From NCBI GenBank assembly GCA_046318155.1, contig JBKCUU010000032.1:1-39557 (forward strand): DNA of 39,557 nucleotides, in the 5' to 3' direction. Within the stretch, counting starts at the first letter, position 1; every line of letters begins with the position of its first letter. Below the pieces are notes generated by a model. The model made no database searches and was not told the origin of the DNA. It was given only the letters and a program-made list of their open reading frames with translations. Source of the DNA: Bdellovibrio sp. GTDB taxonomy: Bacteria; Bdellovibrionota; Bdellovibrionia; Bdellovibrionales; Bdellovibrionaceae. Below are positions 1-8,869 of this stretch, in pieces. The position numbers were made by a program, and so were the translations under genes.

Positions 1-212
1 CTGCCGTCTCTTGTAATTGAAATCGAAAGTTGGCTGGGGACCGAAGCCTCACCCGAGGCCGCTTTCGGCAGAGTCACATTGATCGAGGGCTTCATAAACA
101 TGGGCGCGGTGACCATAAAGATAATCAAAACGACAAGAACGATATCCACGAGCGGGACCACGTTAATCTCCGAAATTGCCTCATCATAGTCATTCGAAAA
201 TTTGCCCGCCAT
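1..212 (-). CDS. exbD: ExbD/TolR biopolymer transport protein (3' end runs off the window)
   Basis: Not in the ORF track. Manual translation from ATG 212 gives MAGKFSNDYDEAISEINVVPLVDIVLVVLIIFMVTAPM, the ExbD/TolR signature. It lies directly downstream of exbB. Confidence 0.9.
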   Translation of the reverse strand, partial: MAGKFSNDYDEAISEINVVPLVDIVLVVLIIFMVTAPMFMKPSINVTLPKAASGEASVPSQLSISITRDG

Positions 213-215
213 GGG

Positions 216-845
216 TTAAACCCCTTTTTTCTTTGCAAAGGCCAAGCACAGTTCTTTGACAGAATCCAAGCTTTGCAAAATACCGCGAACCTGACGTTGA
301 AAGTAATTGTAACCAACAACCGCTGGAATCGCGACAAACAGACCCGCCGCTGTTGCAACAAGTGCAAGCGAGATCCCTGCCATCACGGTTTGCTGACCCG
401 CATCTGAGGATTGAGCTAAATCTTGGAAGGCCTTCATGATCCCTAGAACTGTTCCCAAAAGACCAATATAAGGAGCGTTAGAACCGATCGTCGCCAAGAA
501 TCCCAAAGAGCGCTCAAGTTCTGGGCGCTCGGTCAGTGAAAAGGTATTGAAAACCTCTTCAAGACCTTTTGAGCCATTGTCGCGGATGTGTCTCATCGCA
601 AAGGTGGCAGCGCGGCCCTCGATTGTCTCATTGTCTTTGGCAATGTTTTCGATTTCGTCCAAATTGTGAGAAACCAAAGCCAACTTTACTCGGGCACGGA
701 CTTTTTTACTCTCGGCCGCCACCTTGCGAAGCGAAAAAAAGCGCTCCAAGATCAATCCAATGCTGACGATGCTCAGCACGATCAATAAAATCAAAATGGC
801 CTGATCAGCAATCTGTGCAAATGCAAAAACTCGTTCGCTTAACAT
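216..845 (-). CDS. exbB: MotA/TolQ/ExbB proton channel protein
   Basis: Motifs LATIGSNAPYIGLLGTVLGIM and ALVATAAGLFVAIPAVVGYNYF. Start placed at ATG 845 after an AAGGAG RBS; the ORF track extends to 878. Confidence 0.9.
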   Translation of the reverse strand: MLSERVFAFAQIADQAILILLIVLSIVSIGLILERFFSLRKVAAESKKVRARVKLALVSHNLDEIENIAKDNETIEGRAATFAMRHIRDNGSKGLEEVFNTFSLTERPELERSLGFLATIGSNAPYIGLLGTVLGIMKAFQDLAQSSDAGQQTVMAGISLALVATAAGLFVAIPAVVGYNYFQRQVRGILQSLDSVKELCLAFAKKKGV

Positions 846-871
846 GGGCGTCTCCTTGCCACGAAAGAACC

Positions 872-889
872 TTCTCACTATGGTGAGAA
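872..889. promoter_or_regulatory. Perfect inverted repeat TTCTCAC-N4-GTGAGAA between divergent genes (candidate operator)
   Basis: Seen directly. It overlaps a TATGGT -10-like hexamer at 879-884. Confidence 0.4.
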
Positions 890-892
890 TCG

Positions 893-2437
893 ATGATCAG
901 TGTACGTTCGATTTCATTCAAGGGTCAAATCTATCGCGCATTCATTTTTGGGTTGCTGCTGGTCGTGCCTTTTCTCGCGGGCTGTTACAACAAACCCTCT
1001 CGGCTGCCGTCAGTTTTGCCATCAGTTTTGATACTCGCAGTTGAAAACTATGGTCCAGAAACTTCGTTATGCTCTTGGGAGTCAGCGCCTCAGGTCCAGT
1101 CGGCCTTGCGTCCGTTTTGCCAAGAAGCTGTCGAAATGAAGTCGCTTCAAGCCGTCCACCGAGATTCTGTCCCCGCCATGGCGTCCCTCCTGTTTGGTGC
1201 ACTCCCCTCTGACCTGAAAATCGAAAACAATCAGCAGTTCGTGACCGCCGACTTTGAAAGTTACGCCGAGAAGTTTCACCATGCCGGGGCTCAGACTGCG
1301 TTTTTTGCCTCGACGCCTCTGTTCATGCGGCGCACGGGACTGGCTCAAGGTTTTGACCATTTTGAAGAGACCCACCGCATCGAGCAGTTCCGTTGGGGAC
1401 GAACGCACGATCAAGTCATCCAAAGTTTTTTGCGCTGGAAGGGCGAACTCGGCAGTCATCAGCCTTACTACGCCGTGTTGACTTTTTCAGATCTTAATTT
1501 TCCTTGGCTCAAGACGACCAATCTGGCAGGGCAAGAGCGAATTCGCAATATCGAAAGTCAAGCCGAGGCCATCGAGGAGGCTTGGGTCACGCTCTTTCAA
1601 AAGCTCAATGCAGATTCGGATTGGAACAACACGTGGATTCTCGTTGTGGGCACTCAAGGTCTTGATACAAGTCTTAACCCCCATCAGATTTACGGTGCGA
1701 TCAGGACACCCTCAGCTCAAAAGCTTGGCTTTGATTTCGAACAGTCGGTGACTTTGGCCGAGCTCTCGCGTCTGTTTCACCAGCAGATTTTGGGAGGCAC
1801 CGGGCTTAAACCGATGCCGGCGCCCATCGAACCGACTTCAAAAACCATGACGCCGCGAGGGCGCGAAGAATTTTGGATCAAGCTTGCAGCCGCTCCCAAT
1901 CGAGAAAAACGATTTCTCAGCCTGATTCCTCAAGACAAAAAAAATGCCTGGTGGGCCCTTTACGAGCAACTTGAATTGAACCGAGCAAAAGAATTCAACC
2001 AGCTTGTTGCCAAAGAGAGCTTGCCGATCGATAGCACCGCTTACTGGGACCGCGTTCTTCTGAACCGAAAAGATCAAACCTTGCTAGACACCTGCGTTCG
2101 CATGATCGACCTCAAAATTTTTGAAGGCGGTGGAGCGAGGACCTGCGACTCACCGACGCTGCTGGGTTTGCAAGAATGGTTGAAGGCCATCGAGGACTCG
2201 AGCAGCGACACAAAAGTTAAAGAAGCACGGCAAAAAACCTTGCGTGCCTGGCACGAACTCAAATCAATTCGTCAGGTGCATTTACTCAACCGATCACTCG
2301 GCGGGGTTCTTTATCGTCCGCTTGAGATCGGACGCGAACTTTTGCGCACCGAAATGGCTCTCAGATTACCAGAGGCCCAAATGCAAAAAGCCTGGCTCGA
2401 TAAAGTTGAACCAGGTTTCAATGAATCCTCTGATTAA
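893..2437 (+). CDS. Sulfatase/alkaline-phosphatase-fold protein, probable lipoprotein, with a helical C-terminal domain
   Basis: Lipobox-like FLAGC, then SVLILAVE, SVPAMASLLFG, TGLAQGFDHFEE and NTWILVVGTQG, which follow the sulfatase-family pattern. There is no CxPxR motif. Confidence 0.65.
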   Translation: MISVRSISFKGQIYRAFIFGLLLVVPFLAGCYNKPSRLPSVLPSVLILAVENYGPETSLCSWESAPQVQSALRPFCQEAVEMKSLQAVHRDSVPAMASLLFGALPSDLKIENNQQFVTADFESYAEKFHHAGAQTAFFASTPLFMRRTGLAQGFDHFEETHRIEQFRWGRTHDQVIQSFLRWKGELGSHQPYYAVLTFSDLNFPWLKTTNLAGQERIRNIESQAEAIEEAWVTLFQKLNADSDWNNTWILVVGTQGLDTSLNPHQIYGAIRTPSAQKLGFDFEQSVTLAELSRLFHQQILGGTGLKPMPAPIEPTSKTMTPRGREEFWIKLAAAPNREKRFLSLIPQDKKNAWWALYEQLELNRAKEFNQLVAKESLPIDSTAYWDRVLLNRKDQTLLDTCVRMIDLKIFEGGGARTCDSPTLLGLQEWLKAIEDSSSDTKVKEARQKTLRAWHELKSIRQVHLLNRSLGGVLYRPLEIGRELLRTEMALRLPEAQMQKAWLDKVEPGFNESSD

Positions 2438-2453
2438 ACAGGGTTTGAAAGAG

Positions 2454-2963
2454 TTAACGAGCCGTTGAAACGGGAACCAATCGACGAGGTGTCGATTCGG
2501 CCATCTGCCCGGGACCGCCTTGAGCTACTCCTCCGCGGTATTGAAACGCGTAGAAGGCGCCGCCTGTCGCCTCGCCGGCGAGCTCAAGAGTCCCTCGGCC
2601 CTGAGCGCGAAGCGCATAAGTTCCTTTTCCAGGAACCTCCAGTGAAATGTTTTTGCCATTGGCGCAAATTTTAATCGCAACTTCACGCGAGTCATCAACT
2701 TTACCTTTAAGTAAATCGTCTCTGTTATTGAGACGCAAGGTGGTGCGACCAATGCCGAAGCCAACCCCACCGAACTCCCATGCGCCAAACAAGCGGTTCG
2801 TGCCGCCAAGTCTATCGATGAAGCTCTTGACGGCTGGAACGGTCTCCAGCTCGCTGGCTTTCGATACGCATTGTGCCTGCGCAAAGGAGGTTGATCCGAA
2901 TGCCAAGAGGGCCATCACGGCAAGCTGAATCAATCTTGTCTCAAAACGGGATAGGTCTCTCAC
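2454..2963 (-). CDS. Secreted hypothetical protein
   Basis: GTG start after a G-rich RBS, signal peptide ending FAQA, beta-rich mature region. Confidence 0.7.
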   Translation of the reverse strand: MRDLSRFETRLIQLAVMALLAFGSTSFAQAQCVSKASELETVPAVKSFIDRLGGTNRLFGAWEFGGVGFGIGRTTLRLNNRDDLLKGKVDDSREVAIKICANGKNISLEVPGKGTYALRAQGRGTLELAGEATGGAFYAFQYRGGVAQGGPGQMAESTPRRLVPVSTAR

Positions 2964-2989
2964 GGTTGCCCCCTGTTCACATTCAACTT

Positions 2990-3005
2990 AGCAAAACTGA
3001 CTCCA
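2990..3005 (-). promoter_or_regulatory. Candidate sigma-54 promoter TGGAGTCAGTTTTGCT
   Basis: GG-N10-GC spacing with TTGC at -12, about 27 nt upstream of the GTG at 2963. Confidence 0.45.
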
Positions 3006-3075
3006 TACTTCTCTTGAGCTGAGCTGATTTGGCTCGGTCGTTTCGAGAAGATTGTAACGGCTGTCGAAAAACTCA

Positions 3076-3740
3076 TCACGTTTCGATCGTGGTCAGACCA
3101 CACCAAAAGGCAAGATCGGACTGTGACTCAATCAGAGACTGAGTCACGGTTGCATAACTGGGGTTCTCGCCCCACTTCGGCCAAGTCGATTGGAAACTCT
3201 GCGCCAAAACAAGAGCTGATCGCCCTTGGCAATGCGCGCAGAACCCGTCTGAATACTTGTGTGAGAGCTAAGTCCTAGTCCCGCGAGCGGAAGTGGCGGC
3301 AGCTGAGGATCAAAAATCGACAAATCTGAACTTGCGGCCAAAGGAGCGACGCGCCCCTTTCGAATCAGATAAAGATTTGGCTGTCCCACCTGAGCCCAAG
3401 ACATCAATTGCCCGTGGCGTTGAATGACCAGCGCTTCGATCAAAAGCCTGGCCTGCTTGGAGTTGTCTTGCTTGTAAATGGATTGCGACGTCATATGCAG
3501 CGCGCTTTTCAGTTTGTTCCCGACCTCGACAGAGGGCACATTCTTCTCGGAGATTGACGTCGCGTCGTTGCCTTCGGTCTGCTCGACTTGCTCGAGGATC
3601 ATGCGCGCAGCTCTTTCGGCCTCTGAATGAGAGGTCCATGACGTCGTCAAAATCAGCAAATGACTTTCGGGTCGACTCAAAATATAAGGCTTGGGTCTGA
3701 AGAACGAGCCTGGATTGTAAGACCGGCTCTCGATATCCAT
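3076..3740 (-). CDS. PP2C/SpoIIE-fold protein with degenerate catalytic motifs; apparent 1-nt frameshift near 3206-3209
   Basis: WAQVGQPNLYLIRKG and IAKGDQLLF align with PP2C AHVGDSRAYL and GDxLLL. The in-frame stop is at 3144, but another frame continues LAQSFQ...LAFWCGLTTIET to 3076. Confidence 0.55.
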
Positions 3741-3742
3741 AC

Positions 3743-5692
3743 TCACAAAGGTCCATATTTTTTGAGTTTCATTTTGGCTTTCTCGAAATAGTCTTCTCCG
3801 GGCAAACTTTGATCCATAATTTTGCGCCATTTGTTTTTTGCCGTTTCAACTTCGCCAACGCTCTCTTCAAGAATGCCCTCTTGATAAAAGTTCATCATTT
3901 GCTTGCGAAGCTCATTCATCATTTGGGCGTGACGGCTTTTGAGCATTTCATTGTCGGGATTAATCTTGATGCCCTCGCGTAAAATTTCGATCGCTTTTTT
4001 CAAGGCACCCGAGCGGTACGCGACTTCGGCATTCTTCTCGGCTTCAGCCTGAAGGGCCTCCATTCCCGACTGAAGAGACGCAATCTGGCGCCTAGCAACC
4101 CGATTCAGGTTGCCAGGATCAGGTAGCCCCGTTTTCAATACTTTTTGGTAAGCGGCAATCGCAGGAATCGGAAGCCCTTGTTTTTCAACTTTCTGCGCGC
4201 GTGCAAAGACGGCGCGGTGGGCGGCGACCTTCGCCTCGTAATCTTTTTGGTTGGCCAGCGCCATGGCACGGTCGCGAGTCAAACGGTCGACCTCATTGCG
4301 AAGCGCAACAATTGAGGGATGCTCGGGATTGAATTCCATGACTGAAGCCAAACATCCATCCAGCCAAAGTGAATCTGAGTTCTCGTTCAGAGCAGCACGA
4401 CAGTCGGCCACTTGCCTCTGAATTTTTTCTTCGATTTGAGCTCGCTGGCGCTCGACCGCCTCATTTTTTTCACGCTCGGCTAAAATGGCAAGGCCTTGAT
4501 TCGCCGTCTCTTCTATTTGCTTTGAATCTTCGTAATACGGAATAATCTGGTGCAACTTGATGATCTCTTGGCGAGCAAGCTCATAGCGACCTTGGGCGAT
4601 CAGCGACTGCGCAGTCAGATAGAGTTGTTTAACAACCTGTTGCTTGTCAGGACCTAACTTATCAAAGGGAGTTTGCAACTTCGCGATCACGTGTTTGTCT
4701 TCGTCCTGACCAAACATCCCGTACAGACCAGCAAGCAACAAAACGACGACCATCGCCAACCGCGCTGGCGTCAGTCCCGAGATCTGTTTTCCAAAAAGCT
4801 TCATACCTGGCTTCACGGTGGGAGAAGCGATCGGCACTCCGTTGGCATCAAATCCCGCAAAGCCTTGCGCCGGTGAAGAGCCCATATTGGTTTTGCTCGC
4901 AAAGGCATCACGGGCGGCGCTACCGGCGCCAGCCACCTCATCATCGTAGTTCATTGGAAGCATTAAGGCCGGGTCGACCTCTTGCAGACGCTGCTCATAG
5001 CCCGCATCTCGCAGCTCAAAGTGTAATGACCAATCTGCCACCGAAATGACGTCGCTCGATTGAAGCGGAGTCCAGTCCTCGATTGCGAGGGGGCGACCGT
5101 TATGAAGTGTCACGTTGATACTGCCCAAGTCCCTGACATAATAAGCATCGTCTTGTTTTTGCACTTCAAATTGCTTTCGGCCAATGAGCGGATTATCAAT
5201 GTAGATCGAGCAGGTCGTATCGCGACCACCGATCCAGGCCTGACCTTCGAGTTTAAAGTTTTGCAAGGCTCGACCTTGGTGATCCACCAAGCGCAAATAA
5301 GCATTTGAAGGCAAATACCCGATGTGAGTTCTATCTTCTTCATGGCCTTGAGAATCCATGTCCATGTCCGGCTGCATGCCGTGCACGTTGACGGCTTCGA
5401 ATTCATTTTCAAAAACAAACTCGTAGGGTGGAACCGTAAACGTTGTTCCGTCACGAGCCGCAAAGATCGACTGGCGTTCGCCATTTTTGTACAACTCGCC
5501 ATATCGCGATAACACTTCGACGATCCATTGCCCTTCGGCATAGCGAATCCTAAAGTGCTGGCGTGAGATGCCTCGCTCGGGTGCTAGCTGCACGTCGCAC
5601 GTCTCGCCCCGTCCGACCATAAGCTCATGCGCCTCAGTCAGGTCGTGCTGAGAGGTCAACTGGCCATTGAGAAAGACCTTCAAGCGTGCCAT
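3743..5692 (-). CDS. Membrane protein with two FHA domains, one TM helix and a TPR-like C-terminal region
   Basis: FHA1 VGRGETCDVQL...ISRQH; FHA2 GGRDTTCSIYI...DLGSIN; TM LAMVVVLLLAGLYGMF; TPR-like helices such as AIEILREGIKINPDN. Confidence 0.85.
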   Translation of the reverse strand: MARLKVFLNGQLTSQHDLTEAHELMVGRGETCDVQLAPERGISRQHFRIRYAEGQWIVEVLSRYGELYKNGERQSIFAARDGTTFTVPPYEFVFENEFEAVNVHGMQPDMDMDSQGHEEDRTHIGYLPSNAYLRLVDHQGRALQNFKLEGQAWIGGRDTTCSIYIDNPLIGRKQFEVQKQDDAYYVRDLGSINVTLHNGRPLAIEDWTPLQSSDVISVADWSLHFELRDAGYEQRLQEVDPALMLPMNYDDEVAGAGSAARDAFASKTNMGSSPAQGFAGFDANGVPIASPTVKPGMKLFGKQISGLTPARLAMVVVLLLAGLYGMFGQDEDKHVIAKLQTPFDKLGPDKQQVVKQLYLTAQSLIAQGRYELARQEIIKLHQIIPYYEDSKQIEETANQGLAILAEREKNEAVERQRAQIEEKIQRQVADCRAALNENSDSLWLDGCLASVMEFNPEHPSIVALRNEVDRLTRDRAMALANQKDYEAKVAAHRAVFARAQKVEKQGLPIPAIAAYQKVLKTGLPDPGNLNRVARRQIASLQSGMEALQAEAEKNAEVAYRSGALKKAIEILREGIKINPDNEMLKSRHAQMMNELRKQMMNFYQEGILEESVGEVETAKNKWRKIMDQSLPGEDYFEKAKMKLKKYGPL

Positions 5693-5695
5693 AAC

Positions 5696-6859
5696 TTAGT
5701 ACTTCCCTCGCATTTTAATTTCACACTCGTTGTGATACTGCAAAGCTTCGCGGCGAATGGGATCACGCTCATCTTTTTTCATTTTAATAACCGTCGAATA
5801 GTGCCCCATGCAGAGGCGGTAGTTGCGAAGCCCGTAGTAGCGTTTTCCCTGAATCATATTAAACTGAATTTGCTCGTCAAATTTGCGTTTCGCCAGCGCA
5901 TAGTACTTTCGTGCCAATTCGTGGTTGGGGTAAAAAGACAACGCAGCTTGAAACGCTTCCATCGCGCGAACAAATTGACCTTGTCGGTAGTCACGAAAGC
6001 CACGCAAGTATTGCTCTTGGGAAAGCCGGTACTGAATCGTATCGTGACCCTTCTGTTCTATTTCCTTAACGGCCTTATCGTACTCGGACTGCGATTCAGT
6101 GATCGCCACTTCTGTCGAAACGGTATCTCGCAATTTGACTTCGCTCTTACGACGGATTTGATCTTGCGAAAAGAAGTAAGCGCCGACCAAAACCACACCA
6201 ATGATCACATAAAGCTTAACGCGTCCACCGCCAGCAGAAGGTGGGCGGTAGGTTGAAGCCGCGCTCGCTCCGACATTTCGGCCGCCCCCAGCCCCCGCTG
6301 GTGCCGCGTTGCTATTCCATGAACCAACTCCGCCTGCCTGCGGCGCACCCACGGCGTTTCCGCCGGGAGTCGTCATCGCCTTCGAAGAAAATGCGGCCGG
6401 CGTCTGATTTGCGCTTTGATTCGGAAACGGAGTCCGTGCGGTCATGATCGCAACCGGTGCAGTCACTGAAGGAATCGGTTGCAAAGGACCTAAAGTTGAG
6501 GAAACCGCGACTAAGTTTGGCTTCAGATCTTCGGCCGGCCGCTCAAATTGGATCTTGAGCTCAGAGTCACCGAAACGGACAATAACACCTGGTCGAAGAG
6601 CCTTTTCATTCACGACTTCGCCGTCAACAGAAATGGGATTCTTCTGGCTCAAGTTACGAACGATGACCTGATTCATTGAGACTACAAGCTCAATATGCTG
6701 GCGACTAATCTTGACGTCTTGAGCGAAAACCAAATCATTCTCAGGGCCCCTGCCCATAGAGATTTGTGCTTTTTCAAAATCGTAAACATGGCCTGCATTG
6801 GGGCCACGAACGACTTCGATCGAAACTTTCAGTACTTTTAAAAGAGGGGCTGCACTCAC
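5696..6859 (-). CDS. FHA domain, Pro/Gly/Ala-rich linker, TM helix and TPR
   Basis: MGRGPENDLV...ISRQH; TM LYVIIGVVLVGAYFF; TPR AMEAFQAALSFYPNH. GTG start at 6859 after GGAGG overlaps the upstream stop (GTGA). Confidence 0.85.
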   Translation of the reverse strand: MSAAPLLKVLKVSIEVVRGPNAGHVYDFEKAQISMGRGPENDLVFAQDVKISRQHIELVVSMNQVIVRNLSQKNPISVDGEVVNEKALRPGVIVRFGDSELKIQFERPAEDLKPNLVAVSSTLGPLQPIPSVTAPVAIMTARTPFPNQSANQTPAAFSSKAMTTPGGNAVGAPQAGGVGSWNSNAAPAGAGGGRNVGASAASTYRPPSAGGGRVKLYVIIGVVLVGAYFFSQDQIRRKSEVKLRDTVSTEVAITESQSEYDKAVKEIEQKGHDTIQYRLSQEQYLRGFRDYRQGQFVRAMEAFQAALSFYPNHELARKYYALAKRKFDEQIQFNMIQGKRYYGLRNYRLCMGHYSTVIKMKKDERDPIRREALQYHNECEIKMRGKY

Positions 6860-8535
6860 GCGGCTCCTCCTTCCGCAGTCTGTGCGGGCATGATCGTAAT
6901 GAGGTAGTACTCGATATCGCCACCGACACTCGAAATTGCTTGGCAACTTAAAGTGAACAGATGACCTGACAACTCAAGATTATCAGAGTTGATCCGGCTC
7001 ATGTTCACATCCGCCTGATTCATGAGGTGCTGAAAGTTTTGTTGCATCGCCGGATCTGGGATCTCTGAAATTTTTGAACCCACGACTTTGTCAGAGGTCA
7101 TCCCCGTTAAACCTTCGAACGCGCTATTGAGACGCACGACTTGGGTATCACGGGCGATCAAGATACACGGATAACCAATGAGCTGCATGAGATTAAAGAT
7201 TTCTTGATCCCTCGCGCCTTTTCCGGCAACGGCCATTTGCGGCGCCGAGCCCGCAGCCGCACGGGCCAGCAAGCTGTTCACATTGGTCATTAGGTTTTGC
7301 AAGACAGGAAGATTAAAATCAATCGACGCTTGATCGCGGCCCTCACGCAAGGCTTGATCGAGCTCGTTATTAAGCAATTTGAAAGGATGCTCGATCAGCT
7401 TGTAGAGAAAGAAGAACAAGATTCCGCCAATGATAAAGGCCAAAAACAGCATCTGAACGAATAAACTAAAAGCACGGCCGTCATCAAAGGCAAGGTTACC
7501 TGGATTATAAACAACAATCGCGTGGGCTTTGGCCGTGTTTTGCTGCAATTCGGGGTCAAAAACCAAAACAGGAACGGCCGCGGCGATTTGTCCAGTGCCG
7601 AGCTCTTCAGAGTATTCTCGCGGTTGACCGCGCACTTTTCGAACAAATCCCGTCTCACGCGGAGCCGAGCCCGTGCGCTCGGGTGGAGCCACGATCATCC
7701 CCTCTTTTGAGACGATGTAAACGTCTTCGATTCCTTCTTCGCGCAAAACCATATCGGTACTAAAGCTCGACAGGTCATTGGATCGAAGAATCTTCTCATT
7801 GGCAGCCGCCAGCGAGCGCGCCACGGTAATCGCACGGCGAAGGCTCTCATTTTGAATGCTTTCGCTCGTGATTTGCTTCATCGGAACGATCGAAAGCAAC
7901 GTCACCAAGATAATATAGATCCCGATAAAACCCAGAATGACTTGTTTAAAATCAAAAACCCGCGGCAAGTTGTAAACGCCCGGAAGCGCTACGCTCTCGA
8001 CAAAATCCTGTGATTTTTGAATGACGTTTTGAACATGGCCCGCCAGATTTTGCGGCGGCGGAGGTGGCGGAGGTCCCGCCTCGGGCTCCGTCAAATTCAT
8101 CAGGGGTTGTTCATATTGCTGCTGACCAACAAAATGCCCAGGGACAGCGGCACCAGAACCACCAGGAACTAACGCATTTTGACCGTTCCCTGCACGTGCG
8201 GGCACATGGCTCGCGCCGGTGCGAGGTAAAGCCAAGACTCGGCTTCCACTATAAGGAACGATTTCTAGAAGCACGTTGTGGATGCTAATTTTATCGCCAG
8301 GTTTGGCGAGCGCGCCCTTGATACGAACTCCATTCAAAAATGTTCCATTCGAAGACTGCAAGTCATTAATCAAAATTTTGTCCGCAGCGACCATGATTTC
8401 AACGTGATCTTTCGAAACGCCAGGGACTGAGAGTTGCAAATCAGCAGACGTGGATCGGCCGATTCGGTTGCCACCGACTTTTAAGGGTACAATTTGTCCG
8501 GCCAGAGGGCCGTTCAAAAACTTAAGACCCCACAT
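6856..8535 (-). CDS. FHA - TM - periplasmic sensor-like domain - TM - PAS-like protein
   Basis: IGRSTSADLQL...VSKDH...DLQSSNGTFLNG, a poly-Pro linker, two hydrophobic helices, and C-terminal PAS-like VVRLNSAFEGLTGMTSDKVVG. Confidence 0.8.
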   Translation of the reverse strand: MWGLKFLNGPLAGQIVPLKVGGNRIGRSTSADLQLSVPGVSKDHVEIMVAADKILINDLQSSNGTFLNGVRIKGALAKPGDKISIHNVLLEIVPYSGSRVLALPRTGASHVPARAGNGQNALVPGGSGAAVPGHFVGQQQYEQPLMNLTEPEAGPPPPPPPQNLAGHVQNVIQKSQDFVESVALPGVYNLPRVFDFKQVILGFIGIYIILVTLLSIVPMKQITSESIQNESLRRAITVARSLAAANEKILRSNDLSSFSTDMVLREEGIEDVYIVSKEGMIVAPPERTGSAPRETGFVRKVRGQPREYSEELGTGQIAAAVPVLVFDPELQQNTAKAHAIVVYNPGNLAFDDGRAFSLFVQMLFLAFIIGGILFFFLYKLIEHPFKLLNNELDQALREGRDQASIDFNLPVLQNLMTNVNSLLARAAAGSAPQMAVAGKGARDQEIFNLMQLIGYPCILIARDTQVVRLNSAFEGLTGMTSDKVVGSKISEIPDPAMQQNFQHLMNQADVNMSRINSDNLELSGHLFTLSCQAISSVGGDIEYYLITIMPAQTAEGGAA

Positions 8536-8869
8536 TGAGCTGGTCTCCCACTTTTACGCCCAGACTTTTGATCCGTCCGCTTTTCATCTCAACCACCGAA
8601 GTCGCTCCCCACTGGGGCCAGACGACTCGCCCAGGCCTGACATCTTCAACCAAGGCTTTTACTTTCAACTTCGAATCCAAAAACACACAATCAATCGCGT
8701 AGCCCATAAAAAAAGTGTGGATGCTGTTACAGGCATGAATCCACAACCCTTGCTGCTCGCCCAAGTCTTTTGTTCCAAGCAAACCCTTCAAACGCGACCA
8801 TGAGGTCGAAGCGATGCTCATGTCTTTTAAGAGAACTTTATCTTGCGTTTGATTGAGCAGGCTCTTCAT
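8522..8869 (-). CDS. DUF192 family protein
   Basis: SRLKGLLG...GLWI...NSIHTFFMGYAIDCVFLD...VVEM family pattern. Confidence 0.85.
   Translation of the reverse strand: MKSLLNQTQDKVLLKDMSIASTSWSRLKGLLGTKDLGEQQGLWIHACNSIHTFFMGYAIDCVFLDSKLKVKALVEDVRPGRVVWPQWGATSVVEMKSGRIKSLGVKVGDQLNVGS

Noticed and set aside
5627..6256. 209-aa plus-strand ORF and other long shadow ORFs (32885-33424, 34154-34702, 21081-21575, 35436-35900)
   Set aside because: They overlap well-supported genes on the opposite strand or in another frame and show no recognisable motifs.
3743..8535. Type VI or type III secretion system suggested by the FHA and PP2C-like genes
   Set aside because: No tss/hcp/vgrG or sct core genes are in the window. 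The linked structural gene is tadC.
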